This document shows, piece by piece, positions 43,596-53,057 of a stretch of DNA of 56,338 bases. Under the pieces are notes generated by a model that was not told the DNA's origin, did no database searches, and saw only the letters and a program-made list of their open reading frames with translations. Made by a program: the position numbers and the translations under genes. Source of the stretch: Patescibacteria group bacterium (GTDB lineage: Bacteria; Patescibacteriota; Minisyncoccia; Phycocordibacterales; UBA9973); assembly GCA_040390725.1 (NCBI GenBank), contig JAZJXT010000001.1, positions 218,586-274,923 on the forward strand. Direction: 5' to 3'. Each line of letters begins with the position of its first letter. The first letter of the stretch is position 1.

Positions 43596-44981
43596 ATGAC
43601 AGATAGAGTTTATATAAAAGATTTAAATAAAAATATCGGTAAAGAAATTGTAGTTGCCGGCTGGGTAGATATCAGACGCGATCAAGGTAAAATGGTTTTT
43701 TTTGATATGCGTGATATGAGTGGAAAAGTGCAATGCATCACATTACCGGCAAGCGAGGCTATAACACAAGCGAAAGAAATTCGCCCGGAATGGGTCTTGA
43801 AAATAAAAGGAAAGGTAAACGCTCGTCCGGAAAAAAATATAAAGCAAGGCGTATTAAATGGCGACATTGAGCTCGAAGTTTTAAATATTGAAGTATTAAA
43901 TAAAGCAGAAACCGCGCCATTTCAAATTACAGAAAGTACTAGTGGCATCAATGAAGACATCAGAATGAAATATAAATATCTCGATTTGCGCACAGAGCGA
44001 ATGCAGAAAAATATTCGTATGCGAGACAAAGTCGTTTCTTTTTTTCGTGACCATATGCATCAAAATGATTTCGTAGATATTGAAACCCCGATAATGACCA
44101 AAGGCACGCCGGAAGGAAGCCGTGAATATCTGGTGCCATCTCGTCTAGAGCCAGGGAATTTTTATGTGCTTCCGCAATCACCGCAACAATTTAAACAGCT
44201 TGCAATGGTAGCTGGTTTTGAAAAATATTTTCAAATAGCAAAATGTATGCGCGATGAAGATACTAGGGGTGACAGACAGCCGGAATTCACACAGCTTGAT
44301 TATGAGATGTCTTTTATTACGCAAGAAGAAGTTATTTCTTATACCGAAGATATGTTTATAAAAATGGTGCAAAAAGTTTATCCTGAGAAAAAAATCCAAG
44401 AGATTCCATTCCCGCGTTTTACCTATAAAGAGTCAATGGAAAAATACGGCAATGATAAACCGGATTTGAGAGAGAATAAAGAAGATCCTAATCTTTTGGC
44501 ATTTTGTTGGGTTGTTGATTTCCCAATGTTTGAAAAAGATTCCGAAGGTGGAGTGCAAGCCGTGCATCATCCATTTACTTCACCGAAAGCCGAAGATGCG
44601 CATTTATTAGAAACTGACCCATTGTCAGCGCGCGCCAATGCTTACGATTTAGTTTTAAATGGTTACGAACTCGGTGGAGGTTCTATTAGAATTCACCAAA
44701 GAGAATTACAAAATAAAATTTTTGAATTGCTGGGACTTAGTAAAGAATTAATAGAAGCACGTTTTGGACATATACTAACTGCATTTGAATATGGAGCCCC
44801 ACCGCACGGAGGTTGCGCGCATGGTATCGACCGCATAGTGATGATTTTACAAAATGAGCCGAATATCCGAGAGGTGATAGCCTTTCCAAAAACCGGCGAA
44901 GGTAAAGATTTAATGATGGGTTCTCCTTCGGAAGCTTCCGATAAACAACTAAAAGAGTTAGGCTTAAAAATAGCTAAATAA
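43596..44981 (+). CDS. aspS: Aspartyl-tRNA synthetase, bacterial type but lacking the GAD insertion domain
   Basis: 461 aa. FQIAKCMRDEDTRGDRQPEFTQLD (motif 2) and GGCAHGIDRIVM (motif 3). The sequence ...YGNDKPDLRENKEDPNLLAFCWVVDFPMFE joins directly the two segments that flank the GAD domain in longer AspRS. Confidence 0.93.
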   Translation: MTDRVYIKDLNKNIGKEIVVAGWVDIRRDQGKMVFFDMRDMSGKVQCITLPASEAITQAKEIRPEWVLKIKGKVNARPEKNIKQGVLNGDIELEVLNIEVLNKAETAPFQITESTSGINEDIRMKYKYLDLRTERMQKNIRMRDKVVSFFRDHMHQNDFVDIETPIMTKGTPEGSREYLVPSRLEPGNFYVLPQSPQQFKQLAMVAGFEKYFQIAKCMRDEDTRGDRQPEFTQLDYEMSFITQEEVISYTEDMFIKMVQKVYPEKKIQEIPFPRFTYKESMEKYGNDKPDLRENKEDPNLLAFCWVVDFPMFEKDSEGGVQAVHHPFTSPKAEDAHLLETDPLSARANAYDLVLNGYELGGGSIRIHQRELQNKIFELLGLSKELIEARFGHILTAFEYGAPPHGGCAHGIDRIVMILQNEPNIREVIAFPKTGEGKDLMMGSPSEASDKQLKELGLKIAK

Positions 44982-44985
44982 CTTA

Positions 44986-45819
44986 ATGAAAAATAAGACA
45001 TTAGAAAAAAATATTGCGCTTTTTGAGGGGAATAAAGTTCGAAGGGTTTGGCACGAAGACAAATGGTTTTTTGTTATTGAAGATATTGTTTTTGTGCTTA
45101 CTGAATCAAAAAATGTTAAAGATTATATTAATAAAATTAGACAAAGAGACCCGGAATTAAGCAAAGGGTATGGACAATTTGTCCATACCCTTGATATACC
45201 TACTGCTGGTGGTCTTCAGAAAATGAATTGCGCAGATTTAGAGGGTATTTTTCGTATTATTCAATCAATACCATCACCAAAAGCTGAGCCGTTCAAACAA
45301 TGGCTTGCAAAAGTAGGTAAAGAAAGGGTGGATGAAATTCAAAATCCAGAGCTTGCTATGGAGAGAATGAAAAGTTTGTATGAACAAAAGGGTTATCCGG
45401 TTGAATGGGTTTCAAAAAGAATGCGAGGTATTGCAGTGCGTAATACTTTGACGGACGAATGGGATAAAAGAGGTTTAAAAAAGGGAGTTGAATATGCTAT
45501 TTTGACGAATGAAATAATCAAAGGAACTTTTGATATGAAAGTCGATGATTACAAAAAACATAAAAAATTGGCAGTTCAACATAATTTGAGAGACCATATG
45601 GGTGACATCGAATTAATACTTACAATGCTTGCTGAAGCGACAACTACAAAATTATCTGTTGACCGTGACTCAAAAGGTTTTAATAAATTACATAATGACG
45701 CAAAAGAAGGCGGAGAAATTGCAGGTAAAACTCGCAAGGAAATAGAAAATCGTTCTGGCAAGAAAATAGCAACTCAAAAGAATTTCTTAAGTATTAAAAA
45801 GAAGAAAATTTTAAAATAA
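44986..45819 (+). CDS. Bro-N domain protein, DinD (DNA-damage-inducible protein D)-like
   Basis: 277 aa. N-terminal Bro-N pattern (FEGNKVRRVWHEDKWFFVIEDIVFVL). The C-terminal half (LRDHMGDIELILTMLAEATTT...) resembles E. coli DinD. Confidence 0.68.
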   Translation: MKNKTLEKNIALFEGNKVRRVWHEDKWFFVIEDIVFVLTESKNVKDYINKIRQRDPELSKGYGQFVHTLDIPTAGGLQKMNCADLEGIFRIIQSIPSPKAEPFKQWLAKVGKERVDEIQNPELAMERMKSLYEQKGYPVEWVSKRMRGIAVRNTLTDEWDKRGLKKGVEYAILTNEIIKGTFDMKVDDYKKHKKLAVQHNLRDHMGDIELILTMLAEATTTKLSVDRDSKGFNKLHNDAKEGGEIAGKTRKEIENRSGKKIATQKNFLSIKKKKILK

Positions 45820-45823
45820 TCCA

Positions 45824-46465
45824 ATGAGTGTCACATCAGAACTTATCAGGAATATCGGAGCGTTGTCATATTTGGAAATTTTTGGTATTTCTATTATTTC
45901 CAATGTCATTGTTCCTGTGCCGGAAGAAGCGGTTCTTTTGATTTTGGGATACTTAGCCGGAACACAAAACATTAACGGTTTTATTTTAGCACCAATAGTT
46001 TTTCTTGGTTTATTATTGAGTGACATAGTTATGTATTTTCTTTCAAAGCGTGGAGCGAAAGTCGTTAACTTCTTTTATCAAAAAGTTTTCGCATCGCGCC
46101 TTGAAGGTAAGACAGAGTGGATAGGAGGACACATAAATAAAATTATTTTCTTTTCACGTTTTTTGGTGCAGCTACGTTTTCTCGGTCCATTTTTTGCCGG
46201 ACACTTACGCATACCTTTTAAGAAATTTTTAATTTATGATTTTTTAGCCTTGATAATATATGTGCCGATGTATTTATTTATCGGTTGGTATTTTCATAGT
46301 CGTGTTGAATTTATTATTGATGGTATAGGCACTATTAGAAATATAATTATTATTGTAGTTGCCTTGGGTATGTTATTGGCAACTTATAAGTTTCTGTATA
46401 AGTTTTTTATGGGTGAAAAGTTTTTGGGTATAAAAAAATTAGTAAAAAGTGAAGAAATAAAATAA
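45824..46465 (+). CDS. DedA/SNARE-associated family membrane protein
   Basis: 213 aa. The VPVPEEAVLLILGYLAG motif and the topology are typical of DedA. Confidence 0.8.
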   Translation: MSVTSELIRNIGALSYLEIFGISIISNVIVPVPEEAVLLILGYLAGTQNINGFILAPIVFLGLLLSDIVMYFLSKRGAKVVNFFYQKVFASRLEGKTEWIGGHINKIIFFSRFLVQLRFLGPFFAGHLRIPFKKFLIYDFLALIIYVPMYLFIGWYFHSRVEFIIDGIGTIRNIIIIVVALGMLLATYKFLYKFFMGEKFLGIKKLVKSEEIK

Positions 46466-46466
46466 T

Positions 46467-46829
46467 ATGGTAAAAATTTCCGGTAAAGTTATAAAGGGTG
46501 ATAGTTATGGAAAAAAAATAGGTTTTCCTACCTTAAATTTATCTAGAGTTAATTTTTTTAAATTAGAAAATAAGCCAGCGTTTGGTGTGTATGCTGGTAA
46601 TGTAGAATTATTAGGTAAGAATTATAAAGCCGGAATTGTGATAGGTCCGCTAGATAAAAAAAATTTGCCGAAAATTGAAGCGCATTTAATAGGGTATAAT
46701 GGTAATGCATATGGCAAGACAGCGACTTTTGAAATAAGAAAATTTATCAGGAAGTTCAAGAAATTTAAAAGTGAAGAAGAATTAATAAAACAAATTAAAA
46801 AAGATTTAAAAAAACTTGTCCCGTACTAA
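46467..46829 (+). CDS. Stand-alone riboflavin kinase domain protein
   Basis: 120 aa. GKVIKGDSYGKKIGFPTLNL, FGVYAG and IEAHLIGYNGNAYGK match the RibF C-terminal kinase domain. There is no FAD-synthetase domain. Confidence 0.65.
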   Translation: MVKISGKVIKGDSYGKKIGFPTLNLSRVNFFKLENKPAFGVYAGNVELLGKNYKAGIVIGPLDKKNLPKIEAHLIGYNGNAYGKTATFEIRKFIRKFKKFKSEEELIKQIKKDLKKLVPY

Positions 46830-46885
46830 ATTTTTGATTACGTGTTATTATGATAATTATTAATAAATAAAATTTTAGTACTGGG

Positions 46886-47455
46886 ATGTTCACAGGTATA
46901 ATACAAAAAACTTCAAAAGTGGAAAAAGTTCTGCAAAATAAAAACGGGATGTATTTAGAAGTTTTAAATAATCTTGGTAAATTAAAAATAGGGGAGAGCA
47001 TTGCAGTGAACGGAGTCTGCTCCACTGTGAAAAAAGTCAGCAAGAAAATGGTTTTTGAATATATGCCTGAAACATTGAAAATATCCAATTTAGGGCTTTT
47101 GAAAAAAGGTGATATAGTGAATTTAGAGAGGTCTTTACGTTATGGAGATAGCTTGGATGGGCATATAGTTTTGGGGCATATTGATTGTGTAGGAAATATT
47201 ATTTCCATAAAAAAAGAGGGAAATTCTAAGGTTTTTGAAATAAAAATACAAAATAATTTTAAGAAGTTTTTAGCATATAAAGGTTCGGTAACGGTAGAGG
47301 GAATAAGCTTAACGATAGCGAAAGTTTTAAAAAATTCTTTTATTGTAAAAATAATTCCTTATACAATAGAAAATACTAATTTAAAATTCAAAAATAAGGG
47401 TGATAAAGTTAATTTAGAATTCGATATATTGGTAAAATATGCAAAAAATAAATAA
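46886..47455 (+). CDS. ribE: Riboflavin synthase
   Basis: 189 aa. MFTGIIQ..., with the duplicated lumazine-binding repeat (SIAVNGVCSTV and SVTVEGISLTI). Confidence 0.9.
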   Translation: MFTGIIQKTSKVEKVLQNKNGMYLEVLNNLGKLKIGESIAVNGVCSTVKKVSKKMVFEYMPETLKISNLGLLKKGDIVNLERSLRYGDSLDGHIVLGHIDCVGNIISIKKEGNSKVFEIKIQNNFKKFLAYKGSVTVEGISLTIAKVLKNSFIVKIIPYTIENTNLKFKNKGDKVNLEFDILVKYAKNK

Positions 47456-47885
47456 GAAAATTGAATACGTAAATGGCAAAAATCTAAAAGCATGTATCGT
47501 GGTGTCTAGATGGAATAATGAAATAACGGATGAGTTATTAATGAGCGCGCTTGAGACTTTAAAAAACTGCAAGGTCAATGATAAAAATATAAAAATTGTT
47601 ACAGTTGCTGGTGCGATGGAAATACCTTTTGCTTTGCAAAAAATGGCGCAACCAAAAAAATATGATTTTTTGGTTGCGCTCGGTTGTGTAATAAAAGGTG
47701 AAACTCCGCATTTTGATTATGTTTGCAAGATGGCGCAAGAAGGAGTGTTGAAAGTTTCATTGGAAAATAATATACCAATTGGTTTCGGAGTTTTGACTGT
47801 AAATAATTTATCGCAAGCCCAAAAAAGAATTCACGTCGGAGGTGAGGCAGTACTCGCAGCATTAGAATTAAGCTTACTTAAATAA
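47439..47885 (+). CDS. ribH: 6,7-dimethyl-8-ribityllumazine synthase
   Basis: 148 aa. [33 protein letters not shown]. Confidence 0.9.
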   Translation: MQKINKKIEYVNGKNLKACIVVSRWNNEITDELLMSALETLKNCKVNDKNIKIVTVAGAMEIPFALQKMAQPKKYDFLVALGCVIKGETPHFDYVCKMAQEGVLKVSLENNIPIGFGVLTVNNLSQAQKRIHVGGEAVLAALELSLLK

Positions 47886-49114
47886 TGAAAAAGAAAAAAG
47901 AAAATAAATTGAAATTAAATTCAATAAAAGAAGCCATCGCTGATATTAAAAAAGGCAAAGTCGTGATAGTGGTGGATGATGCTTCACGTGAGAATGAAGG
48001 GGATTTTGTCGCAGCTGCGGAAAAAATAACTCCGGAAATAATAAATTTTATGGCGACATATGCTAGGGGTTTGATCTGCGTATCTATCACCGAAGAACGC
48101 GCGAAAGAATTGCATCTCTCAATGATGGCTGAAAAAAATACATCGCTCCACGAGACTCCTTTTACTATTTCTGTTGATTTAATAGGCCACGGATGCACGA
48201 CAGGAATTTCTGCGCATGACAGGGCAAAAACGATTAAAGCTTTAATTGATTCATCTACAAAGCCCAAAGATTTAGGTAGGCCTGGGCATATTTTCCCGTT
48301 AAAAGCATTAAATGGCGGAGTTTTACGTAGGGCGGGACATACCGAGGCATCGCTTGATTTGGCACAGCTCGCCGGACTAAAGCCCGCCGGAGTGTTGGTA
48401 GAAATAATGAGTAAAGACGGCACGATGGCGCGCTTGCCGGAACTTTTAGAAGTTGCGAAAAAATTTAATTTGAAAATTATCAGTATTGAGGATTTGATAA
48501 AATTTAGAATTCAAAATGAAACTTTAGTAAAAAAAGAAGTGCAAGTAAAATTGCCGACGAAATTCGGTGATTTTGAACTTTGCGCTTATGGTAGAAAAGA
48601 TACCGGTGAAATACATTTGGCATTGGTAAAAGGGAAATGGAAAAAAAATGAGCCTGTTTTAGTGCGTGTACATTCTTCGTGTTTGACCGGAGATATTTTT
48701 CATTCATTGCGTTGTGATTGTGGGCCACAGTTGGAAAAAGCAATGGAAATAATTTCTAAAAAAGGTAAAGGAGTAATAATTTATATGAATCAAGAAGGTC
48801 GGGGTATCGGGCTTTTGAATAAATTAAAAGCATACAAACTTCAGGAAAAAGGACTAGACACAGTGGAAGCGAATTTAAAACTAGGATTTAAAATGGACGA
48901 ACGCGACTATGGAATAGGCGCGCAAATATTGCGAGATTTAGGAATTTCAAAAATGAAGTTGCTGACAAACAACCCGACCAAACGCGCAGGGCTTATAGGC
49001 TACGGCTTGGAAATTGTCGAAAATGTACCTTTAGAAATAAAATCAAATAAACACAATAAAAATTATTTAAAAACAAAACGTGATAAAATGGGGCACCGCC
49101 TTAATATAAAATAG
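47885..49114 (+). CDS. ribBA: Bifunctional 3,4-dihydroxy-2-butanone-4-phosphate synthase / GTP cyclohydrolase II
   Basis: 409 aa. [21 protein letters not shown], then [19 protein letters not shown] and NQEGRGIGL. Confidence 0.93.
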   Translation: MKKKKENKLKLNSIKEAIADIKKGKVVIVVDDASRENEGDFVAAAEKITPEIINFMATYARGLICVSITEERAKELHLSMMAEKNTSLHETPFTISVDLIGHGCTTGISAHDRAKTIKALIDSSTKPKDLGRPGHIFPLKALNGGVLRRAGHTEASLDLAQLAGLKPAGVLVEIMSKDGTMARLPELLEVAKKFNLKIISIEDLIKFRIQNETLVKKEVQVKLPTKFGDFELCAYGRKDTGEIHLALVKGKWKKNEPVLVRVHSSCLTGDIFHSLRCDCGPQLEKAMEIISKKGKGVIIYMNQEGRGIGLLNKLKAYKLQEKGLDTVEANLKLGFKMDERDYGIGAQILRDLGISKMKLLTNNPTKRAGLIGYGLEIVENVPLEIKSNKHNKNYLKTKRDKMGHRLNIK

Positions 49115-49116
49115 TA

Positions 49117-49479
49117 TTATCTCATCACTTCTACGAAAGAGTTTGCAGTTTCCCAAAGTTTTACTTTATTCACAGAAAGTCCAGAATCATTTGTTATTTT
49201 CAAAATCTCTACAGCTAAATTTTCTGCGGTTGGGTTAAATGTTACTACGTCATTTAGATATTGATGATCCCATTTGTCGATTATATTTTTATCTACAACT
49301 TTTGATATATCTCCGAAGTCTATCACCATGCCTTCCTTTGGGCCTTCAGTGATAATGGGTCCTGAAATAGATATTTCAAATACATAAGAATGTCCGTGAA
49401 CATTTTTACACTTGCCATCGTATTTAGGCAAACCATGAGCCGCTTCAAATTTAAATTGTTTATTTACTGATATATTCAT
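49117..49479 (-). CDS. queD: 6-carboxy-5,6,7,8-tetrahydropterin synthase / PTPS family
   Basis: 120 aa. FKFEAAHGLP and CKNVHGHSY zinc and catalytic motifs. Confidence 0.85.
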   Translation of the reverse strand: MNISVNKQFKFEAAHGLPKYDGKCKNVHGHSYVFEISISGPIITEGPKEGMVIDFGDISKVVDKNIIDKWDHQYLNDVVTFNPTAENLAVEILKITNDSGLSVNKVKLWETANSFVEVMR

Positions 49480-49551
49480 ATAATTTAATATACACTAGAC
49501 TTATAATATATCAAGAGTTGCATTATTTGTTATAACTGTTATACATTAATT

Positions 49552-50115
49552 ATGAAAAATTCCGATAAAGAAAAAATAGTACGTAATATGCTGAGGGCCA
49601 TAGGAGATGATCCAAAACGTGAAGGGTTAAAAGATACTCCTGCCCGCATAGCGCGTATGTGGTCTGAAATGTTTGTGGGTTATGATAAAAATAAAAAACC
49701 GCATATCACTCTTTTTTCAAACAAAAAAGACGGTATTCATTACGATCAGATGATTATTGATACAGGGTATTTTTTCTCTCATTGTGAACATCATGGTGTT
49801 CCATTTTTTGGGCAATATTATTTTGCTTACATACCAAAAGAAAAAGTTATGGGTTTGAGTAAAGTTTCCAGAGTTGTTGATTATTTTTCCGCTCGGTTAC
49901 AAATCCAAGAACGTTTAGTAAAAGATATTGTAGACGAAATAGAGAAAGCTGTTGAACCTGACGGTATCGCTTTAGTTTTAAAAGCTCGTCACTTGTGCAA
50001 AGAAATGCGAGGAGTTAAAAAAATAGAAAGTGCAATGATTACGACAGATCTGCGCGGTTCTTTTCGTGAAGATCCTGCCACTCGCAATGAATTTATGAAT
50101 AGTATTAAATTTTAA
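49552..50115 (+). CDS. folE: GTP cyclohydrolase I (FolE type)
   Basis: 187 aa. DPKREGLKDTPARIARMW, FFSHCEHHGVPFFG, QIQERL. Confidence 0.9.
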   Translation: MKNSDKEKIVRNMLRAIGDDPKREGLKDTPARIARMWSEMFVGYDKNKKPHITLFSNKKDGIHYDQMIIDTGYFFSHCEHHGVPFFGQYYFAYIPKEKVMGLSKVSRVVDYFSARLQIQERLVKDIVDEIEKAVEPDGIALVLKARHLCKEMRGVKKIESAMITTDLRGSFREDPATRNEFMNSIKF

Positions 50116-50459
50116 TGTCACAAAATAATTTAGCAAATAAAAAATGTGTAGCGTGCGAAGGAAAAGGTATAAAACCCTTAGATAAAGAACAAGCGGAAGG
50201 ATATTTATTTGAAATTTTTGGTTGGACTTTGGATAAAGAATCAAAAATGATTTACAAAGAATTTAAATTTAAAGATTTTATCGGTTCAATAAATTTCATA
50301 AATCAAGTAGCGGATATTGCGGAAATGGAAGGTCATCATCCTGATATTCATATTAAATACAACAAGGTTTTACTGGAACTTTCCACGCATTCGATAGGTG
50401 GACTTTCGGAGAATGATTTTATTGTCGCAGCTAAAATTGATGACCAGTGCGGGCGGTAA
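50115..50459 (+). CDS. Pterin-4a-carbinolamine dehydratase
   Basis: 114 aa. The EGHHPDI core motif and the size are typical of PCD/DCoH. Confidence 0.85.
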   Translation: MSQNNLANKKCVACEGKGIKPLDKEQAEGYLFEIFGWTLDKESKMIYKEFKFKDFIGSINFINQVADIAEMEGHHPDIHIKYNKVLLELSTHSIGGLSENDFIVAAKIDDQCGR

Positions 50460-50495
50460 TTTGATTAAAATAGGCTAAAATGCGATAATAGTGTT

Positions 50496-51884
50496 ATGAA
50501 TTATCGAAAAGAAAAAGATTCTATGGGTGAGGTTCATGTCCCTGCGGATGCTTATTATGGCGCGCAGACGGCTAGGTCAGTGGAGAATTTCAAGATTGCT
50601 CGTGATACGGATAAAATGCCAAAGGAAGTTATTTATGGTTTGGCCTATGTTAAAAAAGCATCCGCTTTGGTGAATGTTGAGCTTGATGTTTTAACCAAAG
50701 AAAAATGCGATTTGATTTGCAAAGTTTGCGATGAAATTTTGGCAGGGGAATTGGATAATGAATTTCCGTTAGTTGTATGGCAGACGGGTTCCGGCACGCA
50801 AACAAATATGAATGTAAATGAAGTTATTGCTAACCGCGCGCAAGTTTTAAACGGCGGAAAATTAAATGATGCAGAAAAAATTCTACACCCAAATGATGAT
50901 GTGAATAAATCGCAATCATCAAATGATGCTTTTCCTTCAGCTATGAATATCTCAGCATATAAAATGTTAATGAAAAATACAATTCCTGGTATAGAAAAAT
51001 TGCGTGATATTTTGGACAAAAAATCCAAAGAATATATGAATGTCGTAAAAATAGGACGCACGCATATGATGGACGCTGTGCCGATAACTCTCGGGCAGGA
51101 ACTTTCCGGCTATGTATCACAGCTTGATCATGGATTAAAAAATATAAATAATAGCTTGGCGCATTTGAGTGAGTTGGCTTTGGGAGGGACTGCCGTAGGC
51201 ACGGGGCTTAATGCGCCGAAAGGTTTTGCGGAAAAAGTTGCTAAAAAAATCGTAGAGTTAACCAGTTTGCCTTTTATCACTGCGGAAAATAAATTTGAAA
51301 GTATCGCTACTAATGATGCGATAGTTGAGGCGCACAGTGCTTTGAAAAATGTCGCGGTCTCTTTGATGAAAATATTAAATGATATTCGATTCCTTGCTTC
51401 TGGTCCGCGCGCGGGCATCGGTGAAATAAAAATTCCTGAAAATGAGCCCGGGTCTTCGATAATGCCTGGGAAAGTAAACCCGACGCAATGCGAAATGCTC
51501 TCGATGATTTCGGCGCAAGTTATGGGTAATGATGTAGCCGTCAGCATCGCCGGAGCAAATGGGAATTTGGAATTAAATACTTTTAAACCTGTGATGATTT
51601 ATAATTTCTTGCATAGCGCGAGATTGATAGGCGAGGGATGTGTTTCTTTTGCGGATAATTGCATTGCCGGACTCGAGCCCGTGCCGGAAGTAATAAAAAG
51701 AAATTTAGAAAATTCTTTGATGCTCGTCACAGCTCTTACAAGCCACATAGGCTATGAAAAATCTGCGGAAATTTCACAAAAAGCATATAAAGAAAATAAA
51801 ACTTTAAGACAATCAGCGGTAGAATTAGGCTATATTACAGCTGAAAAATTTGATGAATTAGTCGACCCGAGTAAAATGGTTTAA
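50496..51884 (+). CDS. fumC: Class II fumarate hydratase
   Basis: 462 aa. The [15 protein letters not shown] signature and [12 protein letters not shown] are closer to FumC than to aspartase. Confidence 0.92.
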   Translation: MNYRKEKDSMGEVHVPADAYYGAQTARSVENFKIARDTDKMPKEVIYGLAYVKKASALVNVELDVLTKEKCDLICKVCDEILAGELDNEFPLVVWQTGSGTQTNMNVNEVIANRAQVLNGGKLNDAEKILHPNDDVNKSQSSNDAFPSAMNISAYKMLMKNTIPGIEKLRDILDKKSKEYMNVVKIGRTHMMDAVPITLGQELSGYVSQLDHGLKNINNSLAHLSELALGGTAVGTGLNAPKGFAEKVAKKIVELTSLPFITAENKFESIATNDAIVEAHSALKNVAVSLMKILNDIRFLASGPRAGIGEIKIPENEPGSSIMPGKVNPTQCEMLSMISAQVMGNDVAVSIAGANGNLELNTFKPVMIYNFLHSARLIGEGCVSFADNCIAGLEPVPEVIKRNLENSLMLVTALTSHIGYEKSAEISQKAYKENKTLRQSAVELGYITAEKFDELVDPSKMV

Positions 51885-51945
51885 GATTTATTCGCAATGT
51901 GGTTCATTTGACTAATATGACAATACTCTGTGTTGTATTTTTTAC

Positions 51946-51973
51946 TTGCTAGCTTTTACTGTTCTAGTATAAT
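51946..51973 (+). promoter_or_regulatory. Sigma70-type promoter: -35 TTGCTA, 16-nt spacer, -10 TATAAT
   Basis: Read directly from the sequence, about 55 nt upstream of the PiT start codon. Confidence 0.4.
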
Positions 51974-52027
51974 CCTATGGGGATAAAGTTTGTTGTCCTT
52001 TGAGAAAATTTAAATAAAAAAATTGTT

Positions 52028-53020
52028 ATGGAAACAAGTATGTTTTTTGTTGTTTTTGTTGTCATTGTGGCGTTGGTATTTGATTTTACAAACGGCATAC
52101 ACGATGCCGCAAATTCCATAGCAACAATTGTATCTACTGGCGGGTTAACACCTCGTCAAGCTGTTATTTGGGCAGCATTCTTTAATTTCATTGCATTTTT
52201 TATCTTTGGAACAGCAGTTGCTAAGACCATTGGCAAAGGAATGATTGATATTTCAATTGTAACCCCAACAGTAATTTTAGGAGGATTGTCAGGGGCTATT
52301 ATTTGGAATTTAATCACTTGGGCTTTTGGAATTCCCAGTAGTTCATCTCATGCATTAATAGGTGGTTATGCTGGGTCAGCTGTTGCAAAGGGTGGTCTTA
52401 GTGTAATTATTAGCAGTGGCTGGATTCAACCCTTGTTATTTATTTTTTTAGCTCCAGTAATAGGTATGGTTTTAGGAGCAGTACTTATTAAGATTGTATC
52501 TAAAATACTTCGAGATAAAAAGGTTCATAAAAAGTCCGTTGATAAATGGTCACGATTTACTCAGTTTTTTACTGCTTCACTGTATAGTTTAGGGCATGGA
52601 GGAAATGATGCCCAAAAAACTATGGGAATTATCACTAGTCTACTTTTTTCTGGTGGATTGATTGCTTCATTTGAAGTTCCATTCTGGGTAGTTATTACTG
52701 CACATTTAGCTATCGGTTTGGGCACACTTGTTGGTGGATGGCGTATTGTTGAAACAATGGGGAAAAAAATAACCGAGTTACGTCCAATTGATGGTGCTTG
52801 CGCTGAAACAGCTGGTGCTGTAATGCTTTTTGTAGCAACAATTTTTGGAATTCCAGTTTCAACTACTCATGTTATAACTGGTGCAATCTCTGGGGTTGGT
52901 TCAGCTGAAAGCTTTTCCAATGTAAATTGGCGGCTTGTTCTTCGCATAATTTGGGCATGGATATTTACTATTCCAGTATCAGCAGGAATAGGATATTACG
53001 CCTATTATTTAATGAATTAA
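52028..53020 (+). CDS. Inorganic phosphate transporter, PiT family
   Basis: 330 aa, polytopic. Duplicated PiT signature (FDFTNGIHDAANSIAT and GHGGNDAQKTMG). Confidence 0.88.
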   Translation: METSMFFVVFVVIVALVFDFTNGIHDAANSIATIVSTGGLTPRQAVIWAAFFNFIAFFIFGTAVAKTIGKGMIDISIVTPTVILGGLSGAIIWNLITWAFGIPSSSSHALIGGYAGSAVAKGGLSVIISSGWIQPLLFIFLAPVIGMVLGAVLIKIVSKILRDKKVHKKSVDKWSRFTQFFTASLYSLGHGGNDAQKTMGIITSLLFSGGLIASFEVPFWVVITAHLAIGLGTLVGGWRIVETMGKKITELRPIDGACAETAGAVMLFVATIFGIPVSTTHVITGAISGVGSAESFSNVNWRLVLRIIWAWIFTIPVSAGIGYYAYYLMN

Positions 53021-53057
53021 TATTTTTTAAGGAATCAGAGGCAAGCCTCTGATTTTT

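Noticed and set aside
46830-46885. FMN riboswitch upstream of the rib operon
   Set aside because: The gap is only 56 nt and very AT-rich, too short for an FMN aptamer.
47878-48423. 181-aa minus-strand ORF
   Set aside because: It is antisense to the well-supported ribBA gene and has no motif. It is a shadow ORF.
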